Below, in pieces: positions 19,817-30,454 of a DNA stretch of 64,000 bases (its first letter is position 1; every line of letters begins with the position of its first letter). Under the pieces are notes generated by a model. That model saw nothing but the letters and a program-made list of their open reading frames with translations. It searched no databases and was not told the origin of the DNA. A program made the position numbers and the translations under genes. This stretch comes from Myxococcota bacterium (GTDB lineage Bacteria; Myxococcota_A; SURF-8; G963663525): assembly GCA_963676915.2 (NCBI GenBank), contig CAXXVK010000073.1:1-64000 (forward strand), in the 5' to 3' direction.

Positions 19817-19819
19817 TGT

Positions 19820-20281
19820 TTACCTCCATGGCTTCGGGGTTTGATTCGCAGCGTAGGCATAGGCCGCACGCCGCTGAATGGTTTGAGGATCGAGCGATAG
19901 CGCATCCAAATCCGCCGTGCGCCGCGCTTCCGTAGGAAAACGGGGCGGAGCATTGGGCGTTTGTCCGCGAAATCGCTTCAAAAGTTTTTTCGAATCTTCG
20001 GCGGCTTCGAGATCGTCGAGAAACCGCGCAGGGGTTGATGTATCACCGGGTTCGTTGTTTTTTCCGATCCAATCTTCGAACCGGCTTTTCAGGGTATCGA
20101 TAGATATTGGCACGAGGTTTCTTCGCGCCATCGTTTCGAGAACCACACTCCACGACGCTGCAAAATTATTTTGAGAAGGTTTCCGGCTTGCGGTTTCTTC
20201 GTCGGGATTTTCACGAACCGGCGAATCGATCTCTTCCGACTCGGACGAACCGGCCTGTCCTTCCATAGTCTCCACTTTCAT
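19820..20281 (-). CDS. Putative capsid scaffolding protein
   Basis: ~150 aa charged/helical protein immediately upstream of the MCP; its end contains the MCP RBS (GGAGG). Confidence 0.5.
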   Translation of the reverse strand: MKVETMEGQAGSSESEEIDSPVRENPDEETASRKPSQNNFAASWSVVLETMARRNLVPISIDTLKSRFEDWIGKNNEPGDTSTPARFLDDLEAAEDSKKLLKRFRGQTPNAPPRFPTEARRTADLDALSLDPQTIQRRAAYAYAANQTPKPWR

Positions 20282-20304
20282 AGCCACTCTTGATTTTGGG
20301 ATTG

Positions 20305-20343
20305 AAAAAAAACGGGGCGACGATGGATATCGCCGCCCCGTTT
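20305..20343 (-). terminator. Strong intrinsic terminator between portal and scaffold genes
   Basis: Minus strand AAACGGGGCGGCGAT-ATCC-ATCGTCGCCCCGTTT followed by TTTTT (8 U in total). Confidence 0.7.
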
Positions 20344-20473
20344 CGGGCTTGTTCGCGGTTTTTTGTTTCGGACGCAAAAGTGCTTGATCGATAGTTCAGC
20401 ACATAATCACGAATCGTTCAACGCAACGATTCTCAACAATTGCGCCGAAAAGGAACAAGACGTTCCGAAACGT

Positions 20474-21904
20474 TCACGATTCGTCCGTTTCGTTCTCGTT
20501 TTCCTTTTCCTCCAAGTCCTTGCGCGCCGTTTCCCGGTCCTGGCCATGATCCTCGGCGTAGAAAATCGTAGCGATCCGCCGTGCCGAGTTCGATTTCGAT
20601 CCGCCGGTTCTCCAGCACTTCGTGCCGCGAAAGCGGAATTTCCGCCTCGGGAAAAACGGTTGCGGCTTCGAGATCCTGCAAAGCAACGAAATCCGTCGCA
20701 AAGGGATCGAACATTGCCGTAAGTTCGAACAGTCGCCGCACCACCTGCGTATCGGCCCTTTGCCAGATCGGTATCATATCCTGGCGGTATTCACTTCGCA
20801 TTGCTTGTCGTGGAACTTCGCCACTCCGATTGTACCCTTGGCTCCAGGCTGAACGTGGATGTGGAAAGGCCGTGGTTCTGCGCGAAAATTTTCAGGAAGA
20901 ACTGCAAGTTCTCGTTGCGCTCACTTTCACGCGTTTGAACGGGAATCGGTTCGAGTCTTTTATTCTCGTCACCCAGACAGAAAATCGCGCCCGCTCCCCG
21001 TCGCCGGGTTGAGCTGCCCCAGTTCGGAGAGCGTCCCGTTGTAAACATACGCCGGAAAATCGGCCTGTCGCGTATTGAGTGCCCCCCGCGTCAGTTCGTG
21101 ATCGACCAGCGTGAAGCATGCAGATATTCGTGCGGAAACCGTCGGGAAACATTTCACTGCCCGGCAATGCCACTTTGGACACGGCAACAAACGGATACTG
21201 TGAAAACTCCGCTTCGTTGTAAGCGCGAATCCAATCCGGCTGATCCCGCATGGGCAGCGGTTCGAGTTTTCATCGCACAACGTAACCTGCACGACTCTCG
21301 CACCCTCCCCCGAAATTTTGTATTTCAGGTGACGCACCGGCGTACTCGCGCCCTGCCCTACTCCGTCCGGTGCGCCTCCCAACGGCACGGCGATCCACCG
21401 CGCAGCCGCCAGATCCTGCGGGTTGTCCGGGTCCGGTTCGACGAGTAGATCGTGCGCAAACACGCAGCGCACCCGCGCCTTTCCAGCAACGGGATCGGCC
21501 TGTACCCACAACACGATGCAGTTGAGCAACTCACACCAGCGGTTCGCCCATTTCATCGTCTCGTTGAGATTGGCCGCAGTAAGGTAACGCTCGACCAACG
21601 CCGTATTTCCGAATGACTCGCCGTTCTCGTAAAAGCGCCGCATCGGCTTTTTCTTGTAGATCATCGCCTTGGTATCGACGATCCGCTTGACGACGTTGAG
21701 GCGTAACAGGTTTTCGCTCATCAAGGCGGCGTTGTTTGGATACAGCGTCTGAAGTCTACGGCGCAAATCCAGAATGCTGTTTCCGGTATCCAGATAGCGG
21801 TCGATCAACTCCTCGGCAGCCGTCACCCAATCGCGACGTGACGCCCACTTGGTTTCGATCAAGGCACGTGGCACGGCCTCGGTCGTGTTTCGGTTCCAGA
21901 ACAT
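20474..21904 (-). CDS. Portal protein (SPP1 gp6-like), split by several apparent frameshifts
   Basis: LNVVKRIVDTKA..Y.K.P.R, YPFV, then a C-terminal part with E.R..FP and ELG..D..D; start overlaps the terL stop; ORFs 20969..21907, 20892..21251, 20791..21048, 20433..20801. Confidence 0.75.
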
Positions 21905-23272
21905 CAAAATCCTCCGTGAATGGTTACGGGATGGCGATGGCTTTGGGCCATACTGTCGGCAATGAAGTAGTCCAGTGCATCTCCGGGGTGATCGATTTCG
22001 AAACGTTTGTCCGACGGGTCGGCAATCTTCAACTTTCGCCAGGTTCCAGGATGCCAGCGCGTCAATTCCAGTGATTTAATCAACGCCTTGCAACGCGGAT
22101 GCACGCGCAGCTTCGGCGCTCGTCCGATTTCCTGCAACGACAACCTGACGGCGGCGGTACGCTCTTTGATCGGCGGGTTGGCGCGACCTCGTACGGGATG
22201 AATCGTCAATTGCGATACACCGCCCAGCCATCGACGAATGGTGTCGTAATCGCTTTCTAGCCCGCGATGACTCCGGCTGTAGCCCGATGCGTCTCCGTGC
22301 ACCTCCACGGGACCGCTATGGCGAGCCACCGTAGGATTGGCCAGCACGGCACGGCAGAGGTCGTTGGTATCGCATCCACCGCGCAACACCACCTCATCGA
22401 TCAGAGCCGTAACGCCTTGCGGCCATTGCTGAACAGCAGACAGAACATGAAATCACGTTGAAATCGAACGACAGATGCAGCGGTAGATCGTCCCGGTAAG
22501 ACAGTTCCCGGTCGATGTGTTTTTCCCTGTCGAAACCGGCGTACACCCGTTTTCCCTGCATCGAACCGGTTTTGCCTTCGATGTAGACCTCCCGGTTTCC
22601 TTCGTCGAGTTGATTTTCCAGCATGTTTACGACTCGGGTTGACGTTCCAGCAGAAACGATTTTCCCGCGTGGACGCCTGTATGAAACGAATATTTTCGGG
22701 CGCTTCAGGATCTTGGAACACGTCGTACAGCCAACCGGGATCTTCCTCGGGATTGCCGGTCAAAAACAGCCGGTAGACCGGTTTCGGTTTACCGGAACGT
22801 CCCGGAATTTCGTAACGTAAACGGGACAACAGCACCATGAACAGCTTGTGCGAAATCTGCGACGCTTCCTCGACGTGAATCCAGTTGAATTCGCTCGACA
22901 GCAACCGCCCAGGATCGGACAAATGCCGAAAGCGGATCTCGGAACCGTTGGTCAGCCGCAGGTTGTCAGGATTTTTCGACCAGCTTTCGATCATTCTGCG
23001 CGGCGTCAGTTCTTCCCATTTTCCACGCGTCGTGTCGCGCAGCAGCGTGTAATCCCTTGCCCCAACCAATCCTCGACTGTTTGGAACGTATACGCCAGCA
23101 TCAGGCCAAGCAATACACCCACCGTGGTCTTTCCCGCGCCGACACCGCCTTGGTAAAAGCAGATATCCGTGTCAACGTCGTGAGGAATCTCCACGAACTC
23201 CACCTGCTTTGGAAGCAGGTCGAACGACCTTTTTCGGATCTGCTCCTCGGATAAGCAGGCATTCGATTTCAT
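21904..23272 (-). CDS. terL: Terminase large subunit, split by apparent frameshifts
   Basis: LLPKQ Q-motif, Walker A GGVGAGKT, Walker B WIHVEEA, coupling motif LTGNP, nuclease SFDFN, HGDASG, DHPGDALDY across four ORF pieces. Confidence 0.9.
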
Positions 23273-23750
23273 CGCCTTTTCCTTGTTGTTTTGTCGAACC
23301 GGACGTTTTTGCACAGTGGCGCGACATGGCCGAGTCCGCAATGGCCCAGAGATTTTTCAGCGTTTTTTCGTCCAGCTTTTTTCTTCGCCGTTGGTGGCGT
23401 CTTCTTCCATGCGCCGAAGCAGGCGGTCCACGAGAGCAAGAACCCGATGGGAAAGCTCTCGCTGCAATGCGGGATCAGCAGGCAGAGAATCATCCGTACC
23501 GTCCTCGCCTCGTTGCTCGCAGATTTTTTTGTAAAGCCAGGCTCGTTTTTTCCACTCGAATCGAGCGCCGTTTTTCGAAAGAAAAAATGCGAAACGCCCG
23601 TGTCTCCCCCGAACGTTCCCATGCCGTAGAAAGTACGAGATCCTGTACGATGATCTTTCGACGACAACGAAGCAGTCCGGGAGAGAGGTTTTCCTCTCCC
23701 GAAGCAAGCGCAAGCGGATGCGTCACCAACGCGAATCGTGGTTGCATGAA
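23190..23750 (-). CDS. Possible terminase small subunit (frame unresolved)
   Basis: Position directly upstream of terL; helical segment LQRELSHRVLALVDRLLRRMEE in ORF 23357..23713; boundaries approximate. Confidence 0.35.
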
Positions 23751-23999
23751 ATAGCCATCCTTTTTGAAATGTATTTTATGCGTCCGACGATGATTTTTTC
23801 TTTGTCTGTTTTCGAACGCAATGGTGGATGGGTAAATCCTGCCCCAAAATCACCGTCGCGCTACAGACAAATACCGAAAGGTCACGTCAAGATCCGACGA
23901 AATCCGACAAAACGTGCCGAATCATACCGTTTGTGACGGCATTCTGTTTCATGCCTTATAAGGATTGGTTGTAAGTGCTTTTTTATCCGATCAGCAACG

Positions 24000-25190
24000 C
24001 TATCCGATGGTTTCGAGGTCGCGCATGGCGACGAGATCGGCGGTCCGCTCCAGTAAAGCGTCTACATCGTTTTCATCGAGATCGGCACGAAGCGACAACC
24101 TCAAGCGACACGATCCCGGCGGCACCGTCGGCGGTCGCAAAGCGCGAACGTAAAACCCCTCTCGCCGCAACAGGCTTTCCGCCTCCAAAGCTACGCGCTC
24201 GCTGCCCATCACGAGCGGAAAAATCTGGTCGCGGCAGGCACCGAGCCACCACCCCTGATCCAGTAGCGCTTTCCGTAGTTTCACGTTCAAAGTACTCAGG
24301 CGTTCGCGGGCTTGCCGTCCCTCTTTGGTATCAAGCAATTGCAGCGCCGCCAAGCTTGTTGCCGCCACGGAAGGAGGCAGCGAAGTACTGAATATGAAAC
24401 TTCGCGCACGATTGCGCAAAACATCGCAGGCCGCACGACTGGTCGCGGCGTACGCCCCGAAACTTCCAAGGGCTTTCGAAAACGTACCTACCAGCAAATC
24501 GATGTTTTCCAGGACGTCGTCCTCTTCGACGGTTCCCAAGCCACTGGCTCCCACGGCTCCGACACCGTGTGCATCGTCCACGACAACCACGGTATCGAAC
24601 TGTTTCGCAAGTTCTATCTGCTGCGCCAACGGGGCACGGTCGCCGTCCACACTGAAAAGTCCGTCCGTGACGAAAAACCGCTGTCCCCGGCACGGCGTTG
24701 TGGAAATCCAGTAGAGCAATGCGTCAGGACTGGCATGGGGAACCACCACCTTTTTCGCCGGTGAAAGGCGACAGCCATCCACAATGCTGGCATGGCAAAA
24801 AGCGTCCGAGAAAATCACATCGTCGGCACCCGCCAGTGACGACAGAATACCCACGTTCGCCTGATAACCCGAGTTGAACAACAAGGCATCCTGCTTACCG
24901 AAACGCTGTGCAACTTCTCGTTCCAAAGCACGATGAGGCGGCAAATCCCCCGCGACAAGCCTAGCCGAACCCGAGCCCGTCCCCCAACGTTCTACGGCAT
25001 CGTGAGCCGCTTTCTTCAGCGTCTCATGAGAAGAAAAGCCCAAGTAATCATTGCTGGAAAAATTGACGAGTATCCCTTCCGGCGTCTCGATCCGCGCCCC
25101 CTGGCCTGAGTCCAACGGAAACGTTTTACGCAGCAAGTGCTTTCGTTCGAGATCCTCAAGTCGTTGTTTCAATTGCCGATCGAAGGTCAT
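24000..25190 (-). CDS. bioF: 8-amino-7-oxononanoate synthase
   Basis: NFSSNDYLG, GSGSARL, SGYQAN, HASIVDG, DDAHG, PLP lysine in TFSKALG, RPPTVP. Confidence 0.92.
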   Translation of the reverse strand: MTFDRQLKQRLEDLERKHLLRKTFPLDSGQGARIETPEGILVNFSSNDYLGFSSHETLKKAAHDAVERWGTGSGSARLVAGDLPPHRALEREVAQRFGKQDALLFNSGYQANVGILSSLAGADDVIFSDAFCHASIVDGCRLSPAKKVVVPHASPDALLYWISTTPCRGQRFFVTDGLFSVDGDRAPLAQQIELAKQFDTVVVVDDAHGVGAVGASGLGTVEEDDVLENIDLLVGTFSKALGSFGAYAATSRAACDVLRNRARSFIFSTSLPPSVAATSLAALQLLDTKEGRQARERLSTLNVKLRKALLDQGWWLGACRDQIFPLVMGSERVALEAESLLRREGFYVRALRPPTVPPGSCRLRLSLRADLDENDVDALLERTADLVAMRDLETIG

Positions 25191-25194
25191 TGCG

Positions 25195-25912
25195 TCAATC
25201 CGCACCCAGATCACCGGCCAGAAGTTTACCAATGGTCTTGCCGACATCCGGCCTGCGCGGTTTTTCGGGCATCTGGAACGCTTCGAAAAGGCTGAAGACC
25301 TGGGCAGGGTCGGGTACGGCAGGTTCAGGAGGAACAAGGTCCACATCACCGGAAGCACTTGCTTCGTCTTCTTCCTCGATAAACTCTACATCCTCTTCGC
25401 CTAGCACCAGTTCAACCACCGTGCTTTGCTCGGCTTTTTGAGAATCCGAAATTTCCTCGGTAGGCTGCGACTCGCTGTTCTCATGAACGGGTTGCGGTGA
25501 CTCCTCCATAGGCAAGGTTTCCTCGGAGGAAGGAAGCTCTTTAGGCTTGGAAGGAGCGCTTCGTTCGACAGGCTGGGGAGCCACGGGACGTTTGACTTTG
25601 CGTTTGACCCGCTTTTTTTTTCTTTTTCTTTTGGCCACCTACGCCATCAAGACCATCGTAACCGCCCGTGATCAGCTTTTGAATCATCAGGCGATGGGAA
25701 CGCCGCATGATTTTTTTGACTTCCTCGTCCACCTGCTCGTCGCTTGTATTTCCATCTAGCAACTCGTCGTATTTTGTTTTTTCGGTCGCCAGAATCGTCC
25801 CGTCATCGAACAGATGGGAAATCACGTGGCCATAATTTTTCCCCGAATCTTCCGTTTGGATATGGAAAATCCGCCCCAGGTGCTTGACGTTCGTGTTCAA
25901 TCCTATATTCAT
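25195..25912 (-). CDS. Conserved-looking hypothetical protein (G.N.N.K..G..FHIQTEDSG domain plus Lys-rich and acidic tail); frameshift in A-run near 25620
   Basis: ORFs 25541..25912 and 25195..25638 join at a poly-A/Lys tract. Confidence 0.6.
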
Positions 25913-25937
25913 GGTTCGATTTCTTTCATCGCCCCGA

Positions 25938-26997
25938 TCAGAGGTTCAAATCTTTTTCTTCCAGTCCGGTGATCCTGCTTTCGACAAATTGCCGGTCCAC
26001 CACGATTTCCTGGCCTTGGAGTTCCGGTGCGTCGAACATGACTTCGTGCATGGTTTCTTCCATGATCGTTCGCAACCCACGCGCTCCCACGTCCCGTTTG
26101 ACGGCATAATCTGCCATCGCTTTCAAGCCGTCGAGACGGAAATCCACCCGCACGTCATCGCAGGAAAGCAACTGGCTGTATTCCCTGACCAGACTATCCG
26201 GCGGCTCGACCAGAATGCGCACGAGATCCTCGGGCTTCAATTCATCGAGTTGCACGGCAACCGGCAAACGCCCTAGCAACTCAGCAATCATACCGTATTC
26301 GAGAAGCTGCCGATGCCCGACGCCCCGGCGCACGGTTCGGGTTTTCTGCTTGTTTTCGAAGCCGATCGGCGGGTTTTCGTACTTCCGCACATCGGTGAAC
26401 GTTCCCGCACAGATAAACAGAATGTTCGAAGTATCCACTTCCACGAAATCGTGTTTGTTCCAATGCTGGGTTACGTTGAGCGGCACGAAGACCCGGCGGC
26501 CTTCGAGCAATTTCAACAACCCTTGCTGAACGCCCTCGCCACCGATATCCCTGGCTCCCGCCCCGGTCCCGCATCCCGCCGCTACGACGAGCGATTTTGT
26601 CGATTTCGTCGATGAAAATGATACCGCGCTCGCATTCCTGAATATTCTGATTGCAGGCATACAGCAGCTCGGCAATCATCACTTCCACATCTTTGCCGTA
26701 ATACCCCGCTTCGGTGTATTCGGTAGCATCGACGACGGCAAACGGCAGATCCAAAGCCTGGGCCAGATTGCGCGCAATATGGGTTTTTCCGCAACCCGTC
26801 GGACCGATCAGCAGAATATTCGACTTTTTCAGAAGGCTGGCCTCGCTACGAGACAAGCCGATGCGTTTGAAATGGTTGTAAGCTCCCAGCGCCACGGTAC
26901 GTTTGGCGCGTTCCTGCCCGATAACGTAGCGATCGAGGCGCTCGTAAATCTCTCGGGGAGTCATCGAAATCATATCTGTGCGTTCTTTTTGGTTCAT
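25938..26997 (-). CDS. clpX: ClpX-like AAA+ ATPase lacking the N-terminal zinc-binding domain; 1-nt insertion near 26570
   Basis: YVIGQERAK, KSNILLIGPTGCGKT, DATEYTEAGY, FIDEIDK, GEGVQQGLLKLLEG, IGF loop, GARGLR. Confidence 0.85.
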
Positions 26998-27089
26998 CGA
27001 ACGTCCAAGTCACCTTTCACAAAATGTCGTTGAAATCCTTCGTCGATCCACCCAGGCGACAACCCGCCCGATGCTCGACGAAACCGGTC

Positions 27090-30000
27090 TCACACGCGAA
27101 AAGCGGGTTTTCTACTCCCTCTTCTGCGCCAAACAACCAGCCATAATACTATACTCGCGAGACAGTAAAAAGGGAAGGAGTTGTCCGAAATTCGAGCGTG
27201 ACGGCAATCGCCGCAACCCGAACCTCCCAGATGACCTGGATCGGTCGTTTCCGATTCGGTCGTTTCCGTGCTTTCCGTGTCGAATTCGATGTCCGATTCG
27301 TCCACGTCGTCGTCCTCATCGCCTCCGGTTGGACAGCCTTCATCAGTCAACCCATCGCAATCGTTGTCTTTTTCGTCACAAAGGCTTTCTTGCGACTGGT
27401 GGGTTTCCGGCATCCGACAACGCCACCCTCCGGTTCCCATGCAAACGACCTCGGCTTCCAGGCAAACGCCCTCGCCACCGCACATCCATCGGGCATCGGG
27501 AGCCTCTAGATCCTCATCGATGAACCCATCGCAATCGTTGTCCATACCGTCACAGATCGTCTCGACATCTTCGTAATCGTCCACGTCCGAGCACAACCAA
27601 CCGTGACTTCCCGCACAAAACGGAGACCCGTTCTCGCACACGCCCACCTGAGGGCATTCGATCTCGGGGGGTAGCTGAAGACCTTCGTCCGTCAGGCTAT
27701 CGCAATCGTTGTCCAAGCCGTCACAAGTCGTTTCGGTTTCTTCGTAGGTATCCGGCCAGCTACACTTCCAACCACTAGCCCCCATGCATTGAGCCTCACC
27801 ATCCCGACAAACACCCACCCCTTTGCAATCCAACGTATCGTTGACAAGATCCTCGTCGGCCACACCATCGCAATCGTTGTCCAAACCGTCACAGGTGCTT
27901 TCCACAGCCTCGTAATTTTGCGGCCATTGGCAAACCCAACCCGCTTCACCCCTGCATTCCGGTTCGGTGTCGATACAAACGCCTTCGCTCGGACATACAC
28001 CCGAAGCTTGTGCAGGGAGCGTTTCAAACTCATCCACTACGCCATCGCAGTCGTTATCCAAGCCATCGCATACTTCGTCAGCCGGAACACTCGGCGTGCA
28101 GCAGGGTTCTTCATCCGTCTGATCGTCGCAATTGTCGTCCTCTCCATTGCCGCAGATCTCCGGCAGATCCGACAGCGCCAAAGCTCGCAATCCTCTTGTA
28201 TGGCATAGCAATATCCATCCGTCTCGCAAGCCGAATACGCGGGACAGGACAACTCTCCATCGCAAGATGCAAGACAATATCCCGTTTCATCCGGGCCAAC
28301 CAGCAAACACCGACCGGACGAACATTGGTCGGGAAAGCGACAGGCTTCGCAAAATCCGAGTTCCTGAGTGCAGACATCCCCTTCATCGGTTTCACCGTCG
28401 CAGTCGTCGTCTTCGCCATTGCAGGATTCCGCCTGAGCGACACAGCCGGAGAATTCCACGGCAGCGGCTACGGCGGCGGCGGCATCGACCCGTCCCCAAC
28501 CGTAATACTGACTGAAGCCTTCCGGAGTCCATCCTCCGCCGGTTTCATCAACCTTCACCGCCGTCTGTTTCAGGATTTCAACCACCTGTTTCCAACCGAG
28601 ATCCGGTCTGACCGACAAGATCAACGCCGCCACACCCGCCACGCCAGGCGACGCCGCCGACGTACCGCCAAAAGAGGTGTGATAATCGCCCGAAACATAC
28701 CCCGGCGCTCCACTGCGGTCGGTGGTGACGATACCCGTTGTCATCGCACCGTCACGATACCGATTTCCACGCGAGGGACTGACGAAATCCAGCTCCGGTC
28801 CATAATCGCTGTAATAACAACGAATTCCGACATCGTTGACGCTTCCTACGGCAAGTACATATTCGTACGCGGCGTAGCCATCCCAAGACACCAGTTCGTC
28901 CCCGTTTCCCGAGGCCCAGGTCCAGATCACTCCCAAACCATTGCGTCCGTGATGCACGCCGTAATCGAGCGCACTTTTTACAACATCCGGCAAAGGAGCT
29001 TCCCCTTGATTGTCGGGCGGTCCCCAGGAGTTGTTCGCGATCCACGCACCATGAGACACGGCCCAAGCCAGGGATTGCGCCTCGGTGATTTCACTCTGGT
29101 TCGGTCCAAGCAGACGAACCGGCAGGATTTTGCACTCGGGACAGATCCCCGCCACACCGATCCCGTTGTCGGTCCGTGCCGCAACAAGTCCCGAAACGCA
29201 GGTTCCGTGACCGTCTCCCGTTTCCGGGGAGGGGTCGTCATCGTCACCCACGAAATCGTAACCCGTCGTCAACACTGCACCTTCCAGATCGATGTGATCC
29301 GCCTGCACGCCGTCGTCGATCACCGCCACCACCACGTTTTCACTTCCGAACGTCGTATCCCAGGCTTCGGGCACGCCAAGATCCTCGCCCGGCGTCGCAC
29401 CGTTTTGTCCGGTATTTTCCAAATGCCATTGCTCGGAAAACAGCGGGTCGTCCACCGTACGCCGCGCTTGCAGAGGATGAATAAAATCAGGATGCGCCCA
29501 CAACGCGCCGAAATCTTCCACAAGTCGGTTGGCCGCTTCAACGGGGCACACCGAGGCAGACGCGACCTTCAGACGAAACGCGCCTTTGAGCCAGGATAAA
29601 GGTTCGACAAACTCCAAACCCAGTTTTTGCACCAAACGCACCACTCGTTTTTCGGAATACGACGGCGGAAACGCCGCCGCCACCTCACCGGTAAGTCCAC
29701 GCACCAATTTCGAGGAAACACTCAGACGATACGCTTCGTGAACGAACGAAACGCGAGTGTCATCAACCATGGACTTCCAATGCTTCTCCAGGGTTGCCCG
29801 GCTCATGGTGCGACCCGACCAGACATAGTACAAGCTTTTATACGGCAAGACTTTTTCCAACTGCGCTTTTTCGAATCCATGCGCCTTGCAGACCTCGCGG
29901 GGATGTTCGCTTTGCAAAACGAAGACATCGTTTCGTGAAATCAGAGGTATTTTTCGCCCGCCGCTATAATAGGAGGAAGACTCCCCCGCCGACGCCATGG

Positions 30001-30142
30001 AAAACGGCACGAGGCAAACAACCCACACCATCAGCCACAACGAAAAACCATTTGAAATCTCGCATTTTTTCGGAAGCTTGTTGACGAATCCTTTTTCAAA
30101 GAAACAAGAACCAACACTACTTTTCGAGAAACAACCCATCAA
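27090..30142 (-). CDS. Secreted S8 (subtilisin-like) peptidase with 7 Cys-rich CDGxDNDCDG repeats and MYXO-CTERM-like anchor; frameshift near 28180
   Basis: Triad VAVIDDG / HGTCVSG / GTSAASP; the repeats and GGSGCG..hydrophobic..RRR tail are in ORF 27090..28277; true start uncertain. Confidence 0.85.
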
Positions 30143-30454
30143 GACCTCTTGGGTTCGGCGGTTTTTCGATGATTATCAGCCGGATGGGTCATACTGTCAA
30201 TGGAGGGTTCAAACCCAAAACGGGATAGGGCATATATTAAAACAAAGGAAAAGGTTTAAAAAGCATGGATTCAATATGATTTTGAACGTCACCAGGTGAA
30301 ATTATCCAACCTACGATCTTCCCCAAAAATCCACACTCCTTGGGTTTTCGTTCCAAGAACTTGTGCTTTGGTCGTTGTGGAGTACTATGGTTTCCCAGAT
30401 GGGACTCCCTTGGAAACAACGGAGAAAACAACAACCTTTTCGGAGACTTTCACG

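Larger units (their letters stand above)
3626..23750 (-). mobile_element. Phage head-tail morphogenesis cluster without integrase/replication module (GTA-like element or cryptic prophage)
   Basis: Co-oriented genes in siphovirus order terS-terL-portal-scaffold-MCP-neck-tube-chaperones-TMP-Dit-hub-fibres-holin, flanked directly by bioF (end 24000) and the cNMP gene (end 3616). Confidence 0.85.

Noticed and set aside
23905-23920. Sigma54 promoter for the virion cluster (CGGCACG on the minus strand)
   Set aside because: The required GC at -12 is absent (reads CG).
3600-24000. Intact temperate prophage with att sites
   Set aside because: No integrase, repressor or replication ORF and no flanking direct repeat or tRNA noticed; the flanks are immediately host genes. 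Short att cores cannot be excluded by eye.
27300-28430. CRISPR-like recurring DNA motif (CCATCGCAATCGTTGTC), also at 46700-48480
   Set aside because: Copies are degenerate, irregularly spaced and correspond to protein-level DNDCDG repeats; no cas genes seen.
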